Positions 25,891-39,223 are shown, numbered from the stretch's first letter. The stretch is 64,000 nucleotides of DNA from Lama guanicoe (GCA_013239625.1 MU053881.1:5167957-5231956), one strand, 5' to 3'. Notes: generated by a model not told the origin, from the sequence alone. Numbers and translations are program-made.

Positions 25891-28800
25891 AAAATGCTCC
25901 ATCTTCTAGAAGAAACAGCTGATCCCTCCTAAGAAGGAGCCCAGAAAGCTCTCTTCTCTGGACCTCAGGACTTCCAGGTTCACCGCCTAATGGTGGAAAT
26001 GAGCGAAAGGTGGTCCTGAGGGGATGGCGCCCTTACCGAGTGGTCATATGGTCATCCTTCCTCCCGACCCCCTGCCCAGGCTACTTCACTGCCCTTTGCC
26101 CATCCAGTTGTCCCTTCTGGAGCCTGGCCTGCAGGAGGAAGCTGCCCAGGAACCTCCAGCCAGAGGAGTCGTGGGAACCTCTTGGAGGAAGAGAGGCTGG
26201 TTCATAGCAGGAGGAAAATGTCTCTGGGGACCTCTGCCCCACCCTGGACAGCTCCTCCAACATGCTGCCCGGCCGCCTCTGTGTCCATGTCACTGTCTTC
26301 CGCAGCCCGTGCTCAGGCTGAGCCTCTCTGTCGGCCAGCTGCTGTCCACTCCCCAAGGCCCAGCTCTCGTGTGACCTCAGGAAAGCCTCCCCCAGGACTG
26401 GCGCCTCCAAGAACATTTCCAGCTAAAACAACCCTGGGGAGGGGAAGGCAGCAAGGCTGGGACTGGAAGGATGGATGGTCCTGGAGTCAGCTCTAGACAG
26501 CCTTGGGATGACCAGTCAGGGAGACAGAGGCTTGAGGGGGATCTGAATTGCTCAGAATAATGGAGAAGATTTCTTTTTGTGTGTGTATGTGGGGGGGATG
26601 TCATCATAAAAGGGAGAGGCTGGAAACTGGGGGTGGCTGGGGAAGGCCAGAGACCCCTCCCTGGGAACTTCCCTGAGCATATGTCCCACGGTGGCCTTGG
26701 GCACCTTCTCTCAGACCGCCGTCTCCATCCCTCTGTGGTGGGGTGGGACTCCCTAAAGGAGGCCACCGTGGGCGCGGGCCGGCAGAGGCTGCGCAGATGG
26801 CCAGGCTGCAGACGGCTCCCTGCTCAGCTCAGCCGGGGGAAGCCTGGCCCTTCCCACGCCCCTCCTGGAATGCAGGGCTGCTCCGGGGAGTTGAGCAAAA
26901 GTGTGACTTTCCCTCTGGAGTCTGAGGTCAGTCAGCCTCCCAGGCCTGGGCCAGCATTCTTGACAGGGAGCCAAAACAAGCAAGGGGCGAGGGGCGGGGG
27001 CCAGCTCAGAGGTCCGAGAGCCCCCGCTGTCTGGTCGCCCCTCACTTTCATTCCTTGTGGGTAGGAGGTGCGCTAAGGCCAGAAATTCCACACTGTGGGG
27101 AGGGAGATGTAGAAACCAAGGTTCTAATATTTGGGAGATGCTGTGGATGCTGCTAAAGGTGTCACGGGGCTGATTCCTTGAGGCAGCACAGGGCCTGAAG
27201 GGAGGTGCCCATGGGGCTGTCGGCCCGGACCCAACTGGGGGTGGGGAAGTCGGATGAGGGAGGGAAGTGGTATGGCAGACCTGTAACACTGGCAAAAACA
27301 GCAACCACCATCACTAGCGCCTCCTAAGTGCAGGCCACATCTTGACATCCTTCACCCTCTACAACCCCCCAGGGGGCTGATGCCCTCTCACCTCAAAGTG
27401 CCAGAAAATGAGGCTTAGTATCTCAGCCCACAGCAGAGGCTGGCCCGGACCCCAGGCTTGTCTGTCTCCTGAGCCCCCCCTCTCATCTCCCCATGTTTGA
27501 CTGCATCACGCTAGATACACCTGCTCAGAGCTGAGACGCCAGGATGCAGCCTCCTCAGGACCTGGGGAGTGGTCCTACAGCTCCACCTAGAGGCGGGGAG
27601 GCGAGGCGCAGAAAGCGGGCCTCCCCATCGCACAGCTCCAGGCGACACATCCACGCAAACTTTGGGGTGAACGGCACTCCCTGGAGGCACCTTGGGGAGG
27701 CCGAGTGTCCCCGCTTGTTGGGGTCAGAGTGAGGACATGAACTCTGGCCTGTCCGGTTGACTTCTAAGCAGACTCCTCAGAGGATGGCTGAACCCTTTCC
27801 TGGAGCCCTGGGTAGAGGCAGGAGGGGCGTCTCAGGCTCTCAATTCAGAGAGGAAGGTTTAGAGCTGGGCAGGTCAGAGCCAGCAGGGGAGCGGGCTGAG
27901 GAGGGGGGACCAGACTCTGAAGCAGCTGCCCCAGGGGCTTCTGGAAACTTCCCGCTGGGTGCCCTTAACAGCCAAGGTTGGGGCTCTGTTCCCATAGCTG
28001 GATGCCTGGAATGTTCATGTTTTCCACATCCCTGTGTGGGAGCCAAAACCAGCTTCCAAGAGCCAGGAGAGTTGCGCCTGAAGGGAGAGGCACAGATTCC
28101 CTGTCCCTGGAAGTCGACTAATAGATATTATGTAAGTCGAGGACCCGGCTTGCCGGCCTTTCTCTCCTTTTCCTTCTAGGTGCTGAGTCTGGCTTCTTCC
28201 CCTTCCCTTCCCTCTCCTCCCCTCCTCTCCCATGCTTCCTTCTCTTTCCTCTTTCCCCTCCTCCTTCTCCTCTTGACAGTTTACTCACAGACGAGCTGTG
28301 ATGCTGTGGGAGCCAGACCTGGTTCACACCCTGGGCTCCACAGCTTGCGGGCTGTGTGATTCAGGCAGGTCACTTGCCCTCTCTGAGCCTCTCTTCCCTT
28401 ATCTGTAAAAGGGGACCATCATACCTGCCTGAATGGCTGTTTGAAGGGTCAATGAAAACACAAGTGCATAGTTCCAGTCCCATTTGTCCTTGAAAATCAC
28501 TGGGTCTAGATTCTGGGAAATAATTTCGAAAAGAAAGAGAAGAAATCCTTTTGTCTTTGGGAGCCCACATACAGGGGGGTAACGTTACTTAATCGCGCTG
28601 AGTCTTGAATTTCTCTCCATAAATGGAAGTAATGACGGGCTCTACCTCAAAGGGCTGTCATGAGGATTCAGTGCATGTCCTTAGCACATAGTAAGTGGTC
28701 ATTAAATGATTTATTATTTATTATTATTATTACTATTATCATGGACTGTTTGTCCTACGGGAACCCAGGAGATGAGGGAATGAGAAATCTCTGTGCTATT

Positions 28801-31177
28801 TTCGCTAGAGTGAAACTCCTCTGAGCTAGTTGCTTTTCAGGCATCAGGGGTTGGTGAGAGTAGGGGGATGGGGAGGGTCAGGGCACAGGCTTTATATACT
28901 GAAGCAACCGACAAAAAGATATAATGTGCCAGGGAGCATGACCCAGGCATCCATAAGAGCCTGAACAACCAGGAGAAAGAAGGGTGCCTAAATTACATCA
29001 CTAAAGTACATCATTACATCCAGAGCCTTTTTGCCTTGGATCTGATCTGTCCCAGCAGCCTCAGGACTACGCTAGTCTGAACATGTCTGTCCTTGGGTCT
29101 GCCTTCTCTTTCCAGATCGGTTGATTTCTTGAGGGCAAGGGCAGGTCATACTGTATCCGGTTCTGTATCTGGTGTGGCTATGTGACAAAAATTGGTTCAG
29201 GGACTGAGCTTTTCATCTAAGGAGTCAAAGGAAAGACAGGCAGCCCTGGAACTTCTCCTAAAGCTTTTAAAGAGCTTCTAAGCTGGCATGTTGTAGGTTA
29301 GGAACCATTGAAGGCTATCCTGGATACCATAAAGGGAGACCCTGCCTGAGAGTGATGTCAACCCAGAGGAAAGCAGAGCTGAGAGACGGAGGCAGGTGCC
29401 TTTTAACGTCATGTGAACACCTGGATCACGCCATACCTGAAGCCAGAATGACCTGCTTAGTTGTGAGTCATTTCTTAGGTTAGGTTTTTATTGAATTGGG
29501 TTTCAGTCTCCTGTAACCAAAAAAGGTAAGTATGGTCTTTTTCCCTCCTTTATTAATAAAAAAAAGTCTTCATTATCAGATGGCACTTATGAAAATATCT
29601 GCTGGCCCCATAGGAGTGGGTGCTGTCAAGGGGAGGGCGTCGAGGAAGAAAGAAAGAAGCCTGGGTTCTCGGAAGACTCCATCTCTGGGACCTAGGGAAA
29701 AGGGTACAAAAGGTGCCTCTGAAAATTTTGCCTTTGTTCTGGAGCAAGCACACCTGGCTACTCCTACCTTGGAGGGAGCCAGAGCCCCACCCTGTAAAAT
29801 GAGGAGACAGACATTGTTGCCAAGATTCGTTGAGAAAATACGTGAAAATCATGGTTTCTTCTGCTTGATAAATCCTGGTTCATTTCCCTTACCCTGCTGT
29901 TTCTAAAATCCAGTGTCACCAGGCTGGGCTGTTCCAACAAGCCAGGAGGAGCAGGCCTGGGCAGCAACTTCACTTCTCCCTTCCCCCGACTCCTGATACC
30001 GCTGCGAGGCTCCATCTCAGAAATCTGGGCCCTAAGGCCTGGCCTGGAGGAAGCCCAACCAAACTGGTCAGTCTGGCCTGGCCTCCACTAGAACCTTCCA
30101 GGCCCTTATCTCCACCGTGACTATATTTGGATCTCAAATGCAGACAATTAGCCTGGGAGTTCCTGATGAATTCCAGCAAGGGCCAGCTGTTCCTGTGGGT
30201 TTTTGCAGAGTAGGGGGATAATTTTTCCAAATAAGTTTAAATTAAAAGTAGTAATTGGTCATTTTAGAAAAATTGGAAAACACAGTGGAGGAAAGTTACC
30301 AGTAATGCCATCACCCAGACGCAACCCCTATTTGCTTCTCTTCTGTTGATCATTCCAGGTTTGGAGGCTATTGGTTGTTGCTGCTGGGTTTTTTGTTGTT
30401 GCTGTTGTTTTTCATCCATGAGATCAGAGTGTATGTGCAGTTTTATACCTTGATTTTTCCAGGCTTATTTTGAATATAAACAAGTTCCCCTGTTATAAAC
30501 TCTTTGCTGAGTGCCAGACACTGTGCCTAGCACATCACCGGCATGATCTTAATAATGCTCACGCTCATCCTAAAATCAGGAGCTCTTACGTGTCCTTGCT
30601 TTGCAGATGAGGAGATTGAGGCACAAAGAGGTTAAGTGGTGGTGAGGACCCGCCTGTCTGGCTTCACAGCTCACACGATTACCTAGGGATGTATCTGATC
30701 ATGCTCTATTCAACCTTTCTTAGAGAAAGATCCACTGTTTCTGCCTGCCCAGTTTCCCTTCATCATTACTCCAGTTTTTCCCTGGGGTCTCTGGTTTCCC
30801 CACTCTCAGTTCCACAGGGGCACCTATTGGCTGGAGGTGAGCACTTGTCTTGGGACTGTTCAGTCAGAGCCCTGCATTTCCCTGGCTTTCATGATTGGTT
30901 AAGGAAGTGTCACATGATCCAGTTTGGTCCATAAAGGCAGGATGTAGCCTGGACCTGCTGCCAGCTGTCTTGAGAAACTGCCTGGGGATGGGGGACAAAA
31001 GAGAGTAGAGGGGGACAGATCAAGTCCCGCTGCAACCTTTCAGAGTCTGGATCCAAATGCACCTGAAGGGGGTTCTTGGGTCCTGGTACCAGACTCTCAG
31101 TTTCCCGGGCCTTTTAATCCCCTTAGGCCAGTTTGGGTTGAGTTTCCGTTGCTTGTAACCAAGAGTTCTGACAAATA

Positions 31178-31492
31178 CAGTTGGCCCTCCATAATCCCAA
31201 GTTCTGCACCTGTAGATTCAACCAGCCTCAGATGGAAAACATTTGAAAAAAAAATTCCAGAAAGTTCCAAAAAGCAAAACTTGAATTTTCTATGCTGGCA
31301 ACTATTTACATAGTATTTACATTGCATTGGGTATTATAATTACCCTAGAGATGATTCGAAGTATACAGCAGGGTGGCATAGGCTACATGCAAACATTACA
31401 CCGCTTTATATAAGGGACTTGAGCATCTGTGGGTACTTTGAGGTGGGGGTGGTCCTGATCCAATCCCCTGATGATGCAATGAGGGCCAACTG
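31178..31492 (+). mobile_element. MER2 (TcMar-Tigger) non-autonomous DNA transposon, complete
   Basis: Perfect 12-bp TIRs cagttggccctc / gagggccaactg with TA target duplication at 31176-31177 and 31493-31494; internal ccagaaagttccaaaaagcaaaacttgaattt. Confidence 0.9.
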
Positions 31493-31914
31493 TAAACCCT
31501 GGTTGTTGGACATTAGGGTTGCTTATAATTTTTAACCTTTATAAATAACGCTGCAATGAACATCTTTACATATAGAGATTATCCTCAATTAGAATTATTT
31601 CCTTGGGATATTTTCTCAGGAGTTATTTGGCCAAAGGCTCAGATATTCTCAGGGTTCTATAGGCGTTTTATAAATTGTTTCCTCAGAGCTGGCAATGATT
31701 TGTATCCCTCACCTCCACTCCCCAGCAGTGTATGCAACTGTGATTTTTAAAACAGAGTCCTGAAGAGACTTTCTTTTTTAAGAAGCCAAAGTTGTATTTT
31801 TTTTTAACAGGTAAATCATGTTAATATAAAACAGATAAAAACAAACAAAAATCAAAACACACAACACACAAAAGCACAATACACAGGACCAGTGCAAACC
31901 CTTCCCAACCCATC

Positions 31915-34900
31915 CCCCCAGGTTCTGAAACCTTTATTACAGATTCCCCAAGGATTAGACTGTATTGGAGAGGTCACAGTATTGAATCAGAAAAATAAGA
32001 AAAAGAGACATTTTTTTAAAAGGTCTGTACACAGGTAGTGAGGGTGGGGCGGGGGACACACACTTCATCACTCCAACGTCAAATACACAATGCAGAAAGG
32101 TTTCAGCAATGATCACAGATTTCCAGAACATTACCATCTATACCAGTCCCCGGTCCACTTTTCAAAGTTGCTTTTAAAAGGGATTAAAAGTGCACAGACA
32201 CTTTCATAAGGCACAGACAGATAGTTGTACAAGTCATCTCAGTAGGGACTTGAGACAGTGGGACAATTAAATACCGAGAAATGCCAGGAGGCCACGCTTT
32301 CCTGAGCCGGTGTCCCTCTGCCAGAATCAGGGCAGAGACGGGACTGAGCCGTGGAAGGTTACTGCCTCTCGCTCACCGAGACCCCGCACGGACCTCATGC
32401 TCAGCTGGAATGGACTGGGGGTTCTCTGGCGATTTCCAGCCACCAGTCTCAAGGCCTGAAAGCAGCAGGTAGCCATCTCCCCATGTCTCCCTGGCAAGAC
32501 CTGAGGGCGATCATTGGCTGGTAGGGCCTTTGAGGGTTCTGCCCAAGGCTGTTTTGGCAGCAGCTCCCTGACTGCAAGGTGCCTGGCATTTCTAATGCAG
32601 AGAAGGCTTTTTGAGGCACGCAGGAGGCTCTGGGTCAGGTAAGCAGTTGTGCACTCACTAAGATAGACCCCCAAGGCAACAGAATGGCCAAGAAAGCCCA
32701 GTGCGTTCTGCCCCAAATGTCTCATGTCACTCTCTCTGACGTTAGAGCAGGGGCCTTGTCCTCTCAGTTCCGTCCTCCCAGCACCCCACCCTAGTAGGCA
32801 CTCAGCCAATGTTTGTTGAATGACTAGGTGCATGTATACATGGTGTCTTACCAAACTCCTGAACACTCATAACTCGATCTCTGATTTACTCAGTAAAGCT
32901 TTAATGGGGACCTACTACATGCTAGCACGAGACCCAGCACTGGAGGAGCCAAATACAGGTTTACAAATCTGCCCACCTCCTGCTCTGGACCGTGAGCTCC
33001 CTGCAGGCCTTGTCTTTAGTCCCAGTTCCCAACCCTGCATCCAGAACACAGGCTATGCTGACCAGTGGTTGCTGAATGACGGAAAGGGAGCGGCTACAGT
33101 TGGGGGAACAGCTGCCCCAGGCAGCGAAGACTCAGAGGACACCCAGTTCTGGGAGTAGGCTAGGAAGAGGCGTTCTCCTTGACTTGGAAACAGCCCAATC
33201 TCTCTACGGGTTCAAAATGAACAGGCATCAGACCACAACAAAGGGGGCATCCTCTGGTCTCCCTTGTCCCACCCCTGGGGGCCCTGCTTAAGGGGGTGGT
33301 GGTCACGAGGCCCAGGAAGGTGGGGGCACAAGGCCCTTAGCCTCTCCCCAAGGTTGCCCCACATGAGCGCCACTATGTAACAGGAGGAGGCGCTCGGGTT
33401 GGACCCAAGCTCTCACACAGCTCAGCTCCGCTGGGAGGAGGTGGGCAGTGCGCAGATGAGCCTAGAAAGAAGAGCACTCGTCCTCCCAGGGTCCGGGCAG
33501 CAGTGGGGGGCTGCAGTCGGGGGCTGGAACCTTCCACACAGGTGCAGGTGCCCAGGCCCTCTCTGGGGGCTGCCCAGGTGAGCTTCAAGGCACTCACTCA
33601 GGCAGTCTGGAGCTTCCGGGCCGGGGACCAGGCAGTGGAGCGTGTGGGATTTGGCAGCAGGCACTCCTGGGTTTGAATCCCAGCCCTGCCGCCTCCTGCT
33701 GCGTGATCTTAAGCCACTCGGCTTCCCAGGACCTCAGTTCTCTTACCTGCCAAATGGGGAGAATACCGTCTTTCATTGATTCTAAAGGGCACAGTTTTTC
33801 CACATAGCTTGTCTGAATAAAATGAATTGTGGAGCCGCGGCATCTTACAGTTAAAACTGGCCACGTTTTGTTCCTTAGTGGCACATAGGATGGTGCGTTT
33901 TTGTAATTGGCGGTGTCTCTGATACGATTCAATGTGGTACTAAGACCCACCTCGCGGGACTGACGTGTGGACATAGCTCCCTAGCCCAGCGCCGGGCACA
34001 CGGTGATGGAAGATAAAGGAGAGTGGTCTCCTTTCCTGCCGCTCCTGCCCCTTCTCCAGACAGAACCTACAGAGCCATGTGGGCAGCTCCTCTGCAGCAC
34101 TGACTAAATCAGTTTAGAGCATCAGGAAATGTCTGGTTTTTAGAAGATAAACGCCCCCTTGGAAACCAAGAGGCTATTTATAGCGGCTGCAGAGCAAGTT
34201 AAACCGGCCACCAGCTCCTTCCTTCCCAGGTAACAGGGTGCCAGGTGCATGGCCTGACCCACCCTGCGTCCAGGCCCTTGAAGGAGAGAGGAGCTGGCCC
34301 CCCGAGGCTGCCGGGACCACCGGAGCTTGTGACTGTGGCTCGATCCAGACAGGGACGCTGCTGCCCGGAGAACCACGGTCCCAGGGGGTGAAGGGCCCTG
34401 TCACACGGGGCCTGTGTGTGGCCTTGCCCACGGCCAGCACGTGGGGGAAGCGGAAGGCTCCGGCTGCCCAAACTCAGCTGGGCACCGAGCACTGCCTAGA
34501 CCCTTAACTTGGCAAATGCTAGGGTTCCCCAAAAAGATTCTGCTGCAAAATTCAAATGTGGGCGTGTTTCCCAAATTCACCAGGGAAGAAGAACCAATCA
34601 GGGGTTCTTCCAGGGGCAAGAGTGAGGCTTTCGAAGCTGAAATCAGGTCAGAACACCAGGCAGAGAAGAAACAGATGGTCCAAAACCTGAAGCATCACGA
34701 GGGCACGGAGAGACTGGTCTTAAGGGACTCAGTCTGACGAGAGGGACTCCAGAAATCCAGCAAATGTTTGTCATATGAATGCCTCAATTCTGAGTGTTCT
34801 CCGTTCCCTGCCTCCCTAGGCAGATGGACAGATTAGGAATTGTAATAAAAACTATGCCTGTTCTTCACAAGGTGCCTCGGGCTCTTTAGGACGTCCTTCC

Positions 34901-36378
34901 AAGAGCTCTGGAGTGGGCAGATGCTAGGCTTCCTCCAGGACACACCAGGAGCTGAGAAACGGGCCCGGGGTCTTCCCGAAAGGCCTGGCACAAGACACGG
35001 CAGAGGAGGGGCCAAGAACTCAGGCTCAGAAGGGAACTGCAGGCCTGCCAGCCGGTCAGCCCTGGTGTGGTCCGGGCGTCTGCAGAGATGGGCACAGGCA
35101 GGGGTGAGGGGGTGGGGGCAGGGCCAGGGTCTCAGGAACTGCCCAGAAAATAGCCCTGGGGAAGGGGGAGAGTCCCAAAGTGAGCATTTTCAGTAGGAGT
35201 CTCATCTACTAGTTAGCATCCTGATGATCAATTAGCATCCTAGTAATCTGCAGGGGAAGAGAAGCTGAGAATGGGAACAAAGACCAGTTACAAAGCCCTG
35301 GTTCCTCCTCCTACTTGGCCAGCAGGCCGCCCTGGCGGTGCCCACAGCCGCCGGTGAACGCCAGGCCCCGCGTTACAGCGGGAAACGTGGAGAGCGGCGG
35401 TGGCCCTTCTGCCTCCAGGGGAGTCATCTGCTAGGCTGCTGTCCCTCTCCCAGGAGAAGGGGACCTGCTGCTGTCTTATTCTAGGAGATGGCAAGGGTGG
35501 TACAGACTTAAAGCATCTAGGAGCCGAGTCAAGGGGCTGAGTGCTTATTATCAGGTTGCTTGGGGGCGAAGGGGTGAAAAGATTCTGGAGGGGACAGCCC
35601 AGGGCTCTCAGCCCCAGCACCCATCAAAACTCCTCTCCAAGACTGAGCCAGAAAAGGAAAAAGTAAATTGTTCTTTTATGTTCTCCGCCCACCTATCCCC
35701 CCAGGAGTTGCCGCTTCTGGAGCTGTAAACAATGAGCTATTTTTTCCTCCCTTTAGAAAATCTAAGTGTCCCTTTTCTATACCATCCGAGGGAGGTCTGT
35801 TTAGGTGCAGGCTTCAGACATTCAAAACCAGCTGACGTCACAGCCCCAGAAAGCAGTTTCTGGTTGCGCTAGCTACCGTCTGGGCTGAGCATTGCACATT
35901 CCTTAGTGTTAAATAACCTTGTAGAGCCAGGATCCCTGGATAAATACCTACACGTTCCCCCTCACTCATTCCCTCACATGCCCCCCGCCCCAGTCTGTCT
36001 CCCTCCCTCCCCTCCCCTTCTCTCACACACACTCAACCCAACCCCAGCAAAAGCCATTGCACAGAGGATGCCGCCTCCCAGCGGAGAGGTCACTGGGGGG
36101 TGGGTCCATCTGCCAGGCCGTTCCCGAACTTGCTCTCGGGACGGCCTTTTGGGGCCAAAGCACTTTCAAGCCAGAAGCAACCCTCGCTTGGACTCAGACC
36201 GCCCCCAGGGTGGGGGTGCCTGGTCTCCATGACTGTCACGCCTTGCCCACCACGGGAGAGCGGCAGACGAGAAGGCTGCTGCCTTTGGACTCCCTGGTGG
36301 CCATGGTGGTTGCCCAGCCCAGGGGGGCTTCAGAAAGGGGACCCTGCTCTGGTCAAGGCCTGTGGTCGGCGGGCCAGG
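31915..36378 (-). other. NEURL1B: NEURL1B 3'UTR (~4.5 kb; cleavage site approximate)
   Basis: Lies between the TAG stop (36379-36381) and the poly(A) signal; several miRNA seed matches. Confidence 0.75.
31933..31938 (-). terminator. NEURL1B: NEURL1B polyadenylation signal
   Basis: AATAAA on the minus strand with TGTA overlapping and upstream, and a strong GU/U-rich downstream element (~31820-31910). Confidence 0.8.
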
Positions 36379-36623
36379 CTATGGCCTGTAGATCTTAATG
36401 ACGTCCTTGATGGGCCGCCGGCAGATGGGGCAGCAGGCCCGGGCCTGCCTCTTGAGCCGCAGGCCGCAGCTGTAACACAGGCACATGTGTCCACACGTGT
36501 AGATGACCGTGTCCACTTCGCCGTCGAAGCACACCGTACACTCACCATTCTTGCTGCCCGCCAGCTCTGGCGGGGGGAACACGGGGGACACTGGCGGGCT
36601 CAGCGGGGAGCTGGGGGCCGTCA
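36379..36623 (-). CDS. NEURL1B: NEURL1B last coding exon, C3HC4 RING finger
   Basis: [54 protein letters not shown]; acceptor ttctccctttctgcag, phase 1. Confidence 0.97.
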
Positions 36624-36919
36624 CTGCAGAAAGGGAGAACAGGCAGACCCTAACACATGGTTCTCAGGTGGCAGAATCTGTGCGGGAACCACTTTGGGAA
36701 ACACCAATTTTGGTTTTTCTTCCAGATTTTGCCCCTTTCCCTATCTCCCCTCCCACAAGCATCCAGCACCATTATCACCCTTTGGGATGCCATATCCAGA
36801 TGTTTCTCCTCCGCTACAGCTGAAGGAGAGGATGCAGGGGGTAAAGTGGCCACTCTGCTTAGCCCCAGGAAGGGCTGGCACAGCCGAAGGAGCCAGGCCA
36901 GCCACCAGCTGCCAGCCCA

Positions 36920-37045
36920 CCAGGGATGACTCAGATGCCGAGGAGGACTGGTTGACACTGAAGGCCATATCGGAATCGCTATCGTCCTGGGAGCCGCTCA
37001 GGGATCCTGATGGGGAGGTGGTCGCAGGGCTGGACTGCAGGGTGC
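36920..37045 (-). CDS. NEURL1B: NEURL1B exon 4, Ser-rich linker (donor anomalous, see findings)
   Basis: GTLQSSPATTSPSGSLSGSQDDSDSDMAFSVNQSSSASESSL matches recalled NEURL1B; acceptor tctctttggtctcag. Confidence 0.92.
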
Positions 37046-38250
37046 CTGAGACCAAAGAGACCTCATCAGGGGCAGTGGCAGGTGGGCTCCGCTCTGCTAT
37101 TCCCTGGTTCTCCACTGTTTGGCACCTTCGCTTCCTCGGGTAGTTAACAGGAGGACAAGAGCTACCTACCGGGTTCTGCTAAGAACTGATGGACTCGTAC
37201 AAGTGTGACAGACATCCATTCTTTGCCTGAGCCTCCATTCCTGTTTAATTCAGAAACGGCACAGGAATTTTGTTTGGGGCACTACTTCACCCTCACTCAC
37301 ATGATCCAGACCAGGCCAACGAGAGTCCCTGGTCTCAGTGGTGGTTCAGGGAGGGGCACATAACTCAAGCAAGGCCTGTGAGGCCACATTCTGTGACTTT
37401 CACTAGAACTGTTGGGAAAGAAGGGGCTTGTCCCATTGAGAGGTAAGCCTGGTGCCGTAGGGCCTGCCTGTGAGTGAGGCCAACACAGAGGAAAGTAGAG
37501 CTTTGAGATGGAGAGAGAGAGATGGAATCCTGACACTATCTTTTCAACATCTAGATCCAGCTGTTCCTGAATCCATCCAATATATTCCTAGGCTTTGGAG
37601 GTACGTGTAAGCCAGAAGATCCCTTTTTGCTTAGGGCACTGTGAATGGGGTTTTGTCACTTACAACTACAAGATTCCTGACTAGTGTTCGACATGGATGA
37701 GTTTTCTTCCCTTAACTGACTGTTGGTTCAGATATTGATGGGTTATTTCTGAGGAGAAGAGAGCTGCCCCTCCCTTACCCTACTAGAGGATGGATGGACA
37801 GATTATGGTACCAAGGCTACTGCCAGGTATGAGGCAAGTCCTCCGTTTCCAAAGGCAGTCACTTCCTTTCTGCCTTCTCCTGCCTTCTCTTCCTGACCAC
37901 TCTAAGGCTCATCTGGGTTCCTCTGGAGGTGCTGGGAAGGGGGAGAAAAGGACTCTAGGCTTGGTTCTTACAAAGCCCCAGTGGGAACTTCGGCAACTCA
38001 TTCAGGCTGAAATGATGATTATGACGGTCCCTTAAAAAAAAAACCCAAACCAACCAAATGACAGCTACTGCCACCCTCCTTCTCCTCTGCTCTCCATCAA
38101 ACAGCAACAGTCACTGACATTACCATTGCTACTTATTAAACGTGGTGTGTGTGGCATGCACCTGCTGAAAGCATTATGTGCATCTCATCATTCCATTCTC
38201 ACAACAACCCCCCAAATGCAGGTAACTACTCCCTTTCTACACAGAAGGAG

Positions 38251-38495
38251 GCTGAGGCTCAGGGATTCTGTGCTTCAGATTTCTTATCTGTAGATGGAGA
38301 TAATGATATTAGTTTCATAGGGTATCAGGAGGATAAAATTGAATGTGGTGACATAGGAAATGTTCACTATTAAGCTGAGGCTCAGGGATTCTGTGCTTCA
38401 AATTTCTTATCTGTAGATGGAGATAATGATATTAGTTTCATAGGGGTATCAGGAGGATAAAATTGAATGTGGTGACATAGGAAATGTTCACTATT
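38251..38495. repeat. Tandem duplication of a ~121-bp MIR-derived unit
   Basis: 38251-38371 and 38374-38495 differ by one substitution and one extra G. Confidence 0.95.
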
Positions 38496-39223
38496 TCCAT
38501 TATCATTGGGATTTTACTACTTGAACCAAGAAAACGGAGCTGTGTTCTCCACGGGTCGGGGTGGGGAACCTACCCTGATCACCACCCTGGCTCCACAAGC
38601 TGAAGAGAAGCCCCTCTTCTCTTCTAGCAAACATCACCTTGGGCAAATCTCTATTCGGGTGTCTGGGAGCTCCTGACATGCATCGTCTGTGTCCCGTCCT
38701 CTGCCGAGCCCCATCCCGAAGCTCACGGCCTGGCCTACAGCTGGTGGGTGCTCTTTGTCTTATTTGTGGCATGAATGAAGGCAAGATTGATCTCAAAACA
38801 GGATGGTTCAAGCCTGCATCCTATTTTCTGTGGACGGTGTAATTTTTATTTCTTCTTTCAAGTGTAGTTGTATTACGTTTTCTCCTATGCTTAATATGCA
38901 TTACATAGATATTTAAATACGTATGTAATAAATCATAACGATGGAAATAAAAATTGCACTGACCACTTACGTGCCAGGCCGCGACATCAGCGGGTACTTG
39001 GTTCGGTGTGGACAAAGTGTGGCCCAGGAAGCTGCAACATGGGCATCCCCGGGGCACTGGTTAGATATGCACTGTCTTGGGGCCCACCCCTGCAGAATCG
39101 GGAAACTAGGTGGAAGGCAGGCGGCTCTGATGCACGCTCAAGTTTGGGGACGGCCCGCTAGGCTTACCCAGGGGCGGCCCGGCTGCCCGGGCGAGCCCGC
39201 GCACGCGCGGTCGGGGGACTCAC

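Noticed and set aside
36100..37143. 347-aa plus-strand ORF, the longest in the track
   Set aside because: Antisense shadow of GC-rich NEURL1B exons 4-5 with a GTG start and no recognisable domain
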